From the sequence record BH153123.1: 341 nt of DNA; one strand, 5' to 3'. Origin of the DNA: a phage. A model generated the notes under the pieces. The model searched no databases and had not been told where the DNA came from. It was given only the letters and a program-made list of their open reading frames with translations. This document shows, piece by piece, positions 1 to 341 of this stretch. How positions within the stretch are numbered: position 1 is the stretch's first letter; each line of letters starts with the position of its first letter. A program made the translations under genes and the position numbers.

Positions 1-1
1 A

Positions 2-322
2 TTGCGATGGCCAAGTGATGGAGAATTGTTTGCAGATCCGATAAGTGATGTTGTATTTTCTAAGATGGGATCTGTATCATTCCCGAATCACATTTTGTTA
101 CAGCAAATGCCTCGTGTATCATATGCAGCAATTTATTCTACTAAAATGGGTAAAATTGTGTGCGAAGGGATGCAAGCAACTCACGGGGTTGGACAAGATT
201 CATCTATACAAATTGAGAAAGTCTATGATACTATAGATGATCTTGCTATAACAGGAACACCACAACGATTTTTAGATTATCCGGTTGAGTATGTTGCGAA
301 GATGCCGAACATTTCGAGCTAA
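2..322 (+). CDS. Hypothetical protein of unknown function; possibly 5'-partial (frame open at the window edge), 106 codons as seen, ending at TAA 320..322
   Basis: Longest ORF in the six-frame track, covering 94% of the window. Amino-acid composition is balanced and protein-like (12 Asp/Glu, 8 Lys/Arg, no long hydrophobic stretch, no low-complexity run). No competing long ORF on the reverse strand. Start is uncertain: TTG at 2..4 is the first full codon of the frame, and in-frame ATGs at 65..67, 107..109 and 146..148 lack an upstream GGAGG-like motif. No family-defining motif recognised, so the product is left unnamed. Confidence 0.6.
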   Translation: MRWPSDGELFADPISDVVFSKMGSVSFPNHILLQQMPRVSYAAIYSTKMGKIVCEGMQATHGVGQDSSIQIEKVYDTIDDLAITGTPQRFLDYPVEYVAKMPNISS

Positions 323-341
323 TACAATGGCCTCATGATGA

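Noticed and set aside
7-18. Mini-ORFs ATG-GCC-AAG-TGA (7..18) and ATG-GCC-TCA-TGA (327..338) as leader peptides
   Set aside because: Three codons each, with no ribosome-binding site and no adjacent attenuator structure; more likely a by-product of the repeated end motif than translated leader peptides.
113-217. ADP-ribosyltransferase-like residue order: Arg38, Ser46-Thr47, Gln70-x-Glu72
   Set aside because: The order resembles the R / S-T-S / Q-x-E pattern of R-S-E clade ADP-ribosyltransferases, but the spacing (8 and 24 residues) is far shorter than the roughly 35-50 residues between these elements in known enzymes, and the middle motif is S-T-K not S-T-S. Judged a chance resemblance.
45-236. 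Second ORF in the track (frame 3, GTG start, 63 aa: MMLYFLRWDLYHSRITFCYSKCLVYHMQQFILLKWVKLCAKGCKQLTGLDKIHLYKLRKSMIL)
   Set aside because: It lies entirely inside the longer frame-2 ORF on the same strand. Its composition is skewed toward Leu, Tyr, Lys and Cys, as expected for an out-of-frame read of AT-rich coding DNA, and it has no ribosome-binding site. Most likely a spurious overlapping frame.
95-280. Promoter-like hexamers inside the ORF (ttgtta at 95..100, tatgat at 224..229, tataac at 247..252, gattat at 275..280)
   Set aside because: No -35/-10 pair with proper 16-18 bp spacing was found. AT-rich hexamers resembling TATAAT are expected by chance at this GC content, and all lie inside the coding frame.
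323-341. Rho-independent terminator downstream of the stop
   Set aside because: Only 19 nt follow the stop. There is no GC-rich stem-loop followed by a T-run; the palindromes GGCC (329..332) and TCATGA (333..338) are too short to form a terminator hairpin.
1-341. Reverse-strand coding potential, RNA genes, CRISPR repeats
   Set aside because: No reverse-strand ORF appears in the six-frame track. No tRNA-like cloverleaf segments, no rRNA-like conserved stretches and no regularly spaced identical repeats are visible by eye.

Overview
This 341-bp, low-GC window (about 38.7% GC by hand count, 132/341) is almost entirely one plus-strand open reading frame (2..322, 106 codons, TAA stop at 320..322). 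Its translation reads like a real soluble, mildly acidic protein with no signal peptide or transmembrane segment, but I cannot assign it to any family from sequence alone. The 5' boundary is unresolved: the frame opens at the first complete codon of the window (TTG) and no internal ATG has a Shine-Dalgarno-like sequence, so it may be the 3' portion of a longer gene. Proline codon choice (CCG in 4 of 7) with low GC is most consistent with a Bacillus subtilis-group Firmicute, which is a weak inference. I see no rRNA, tRNA, CRISPR repeats, transposase hallmarks or convincing terminator. There is no strong evidence for a novel system here; the findings below are modest leads that need database, structure and flanking-sequence checks.
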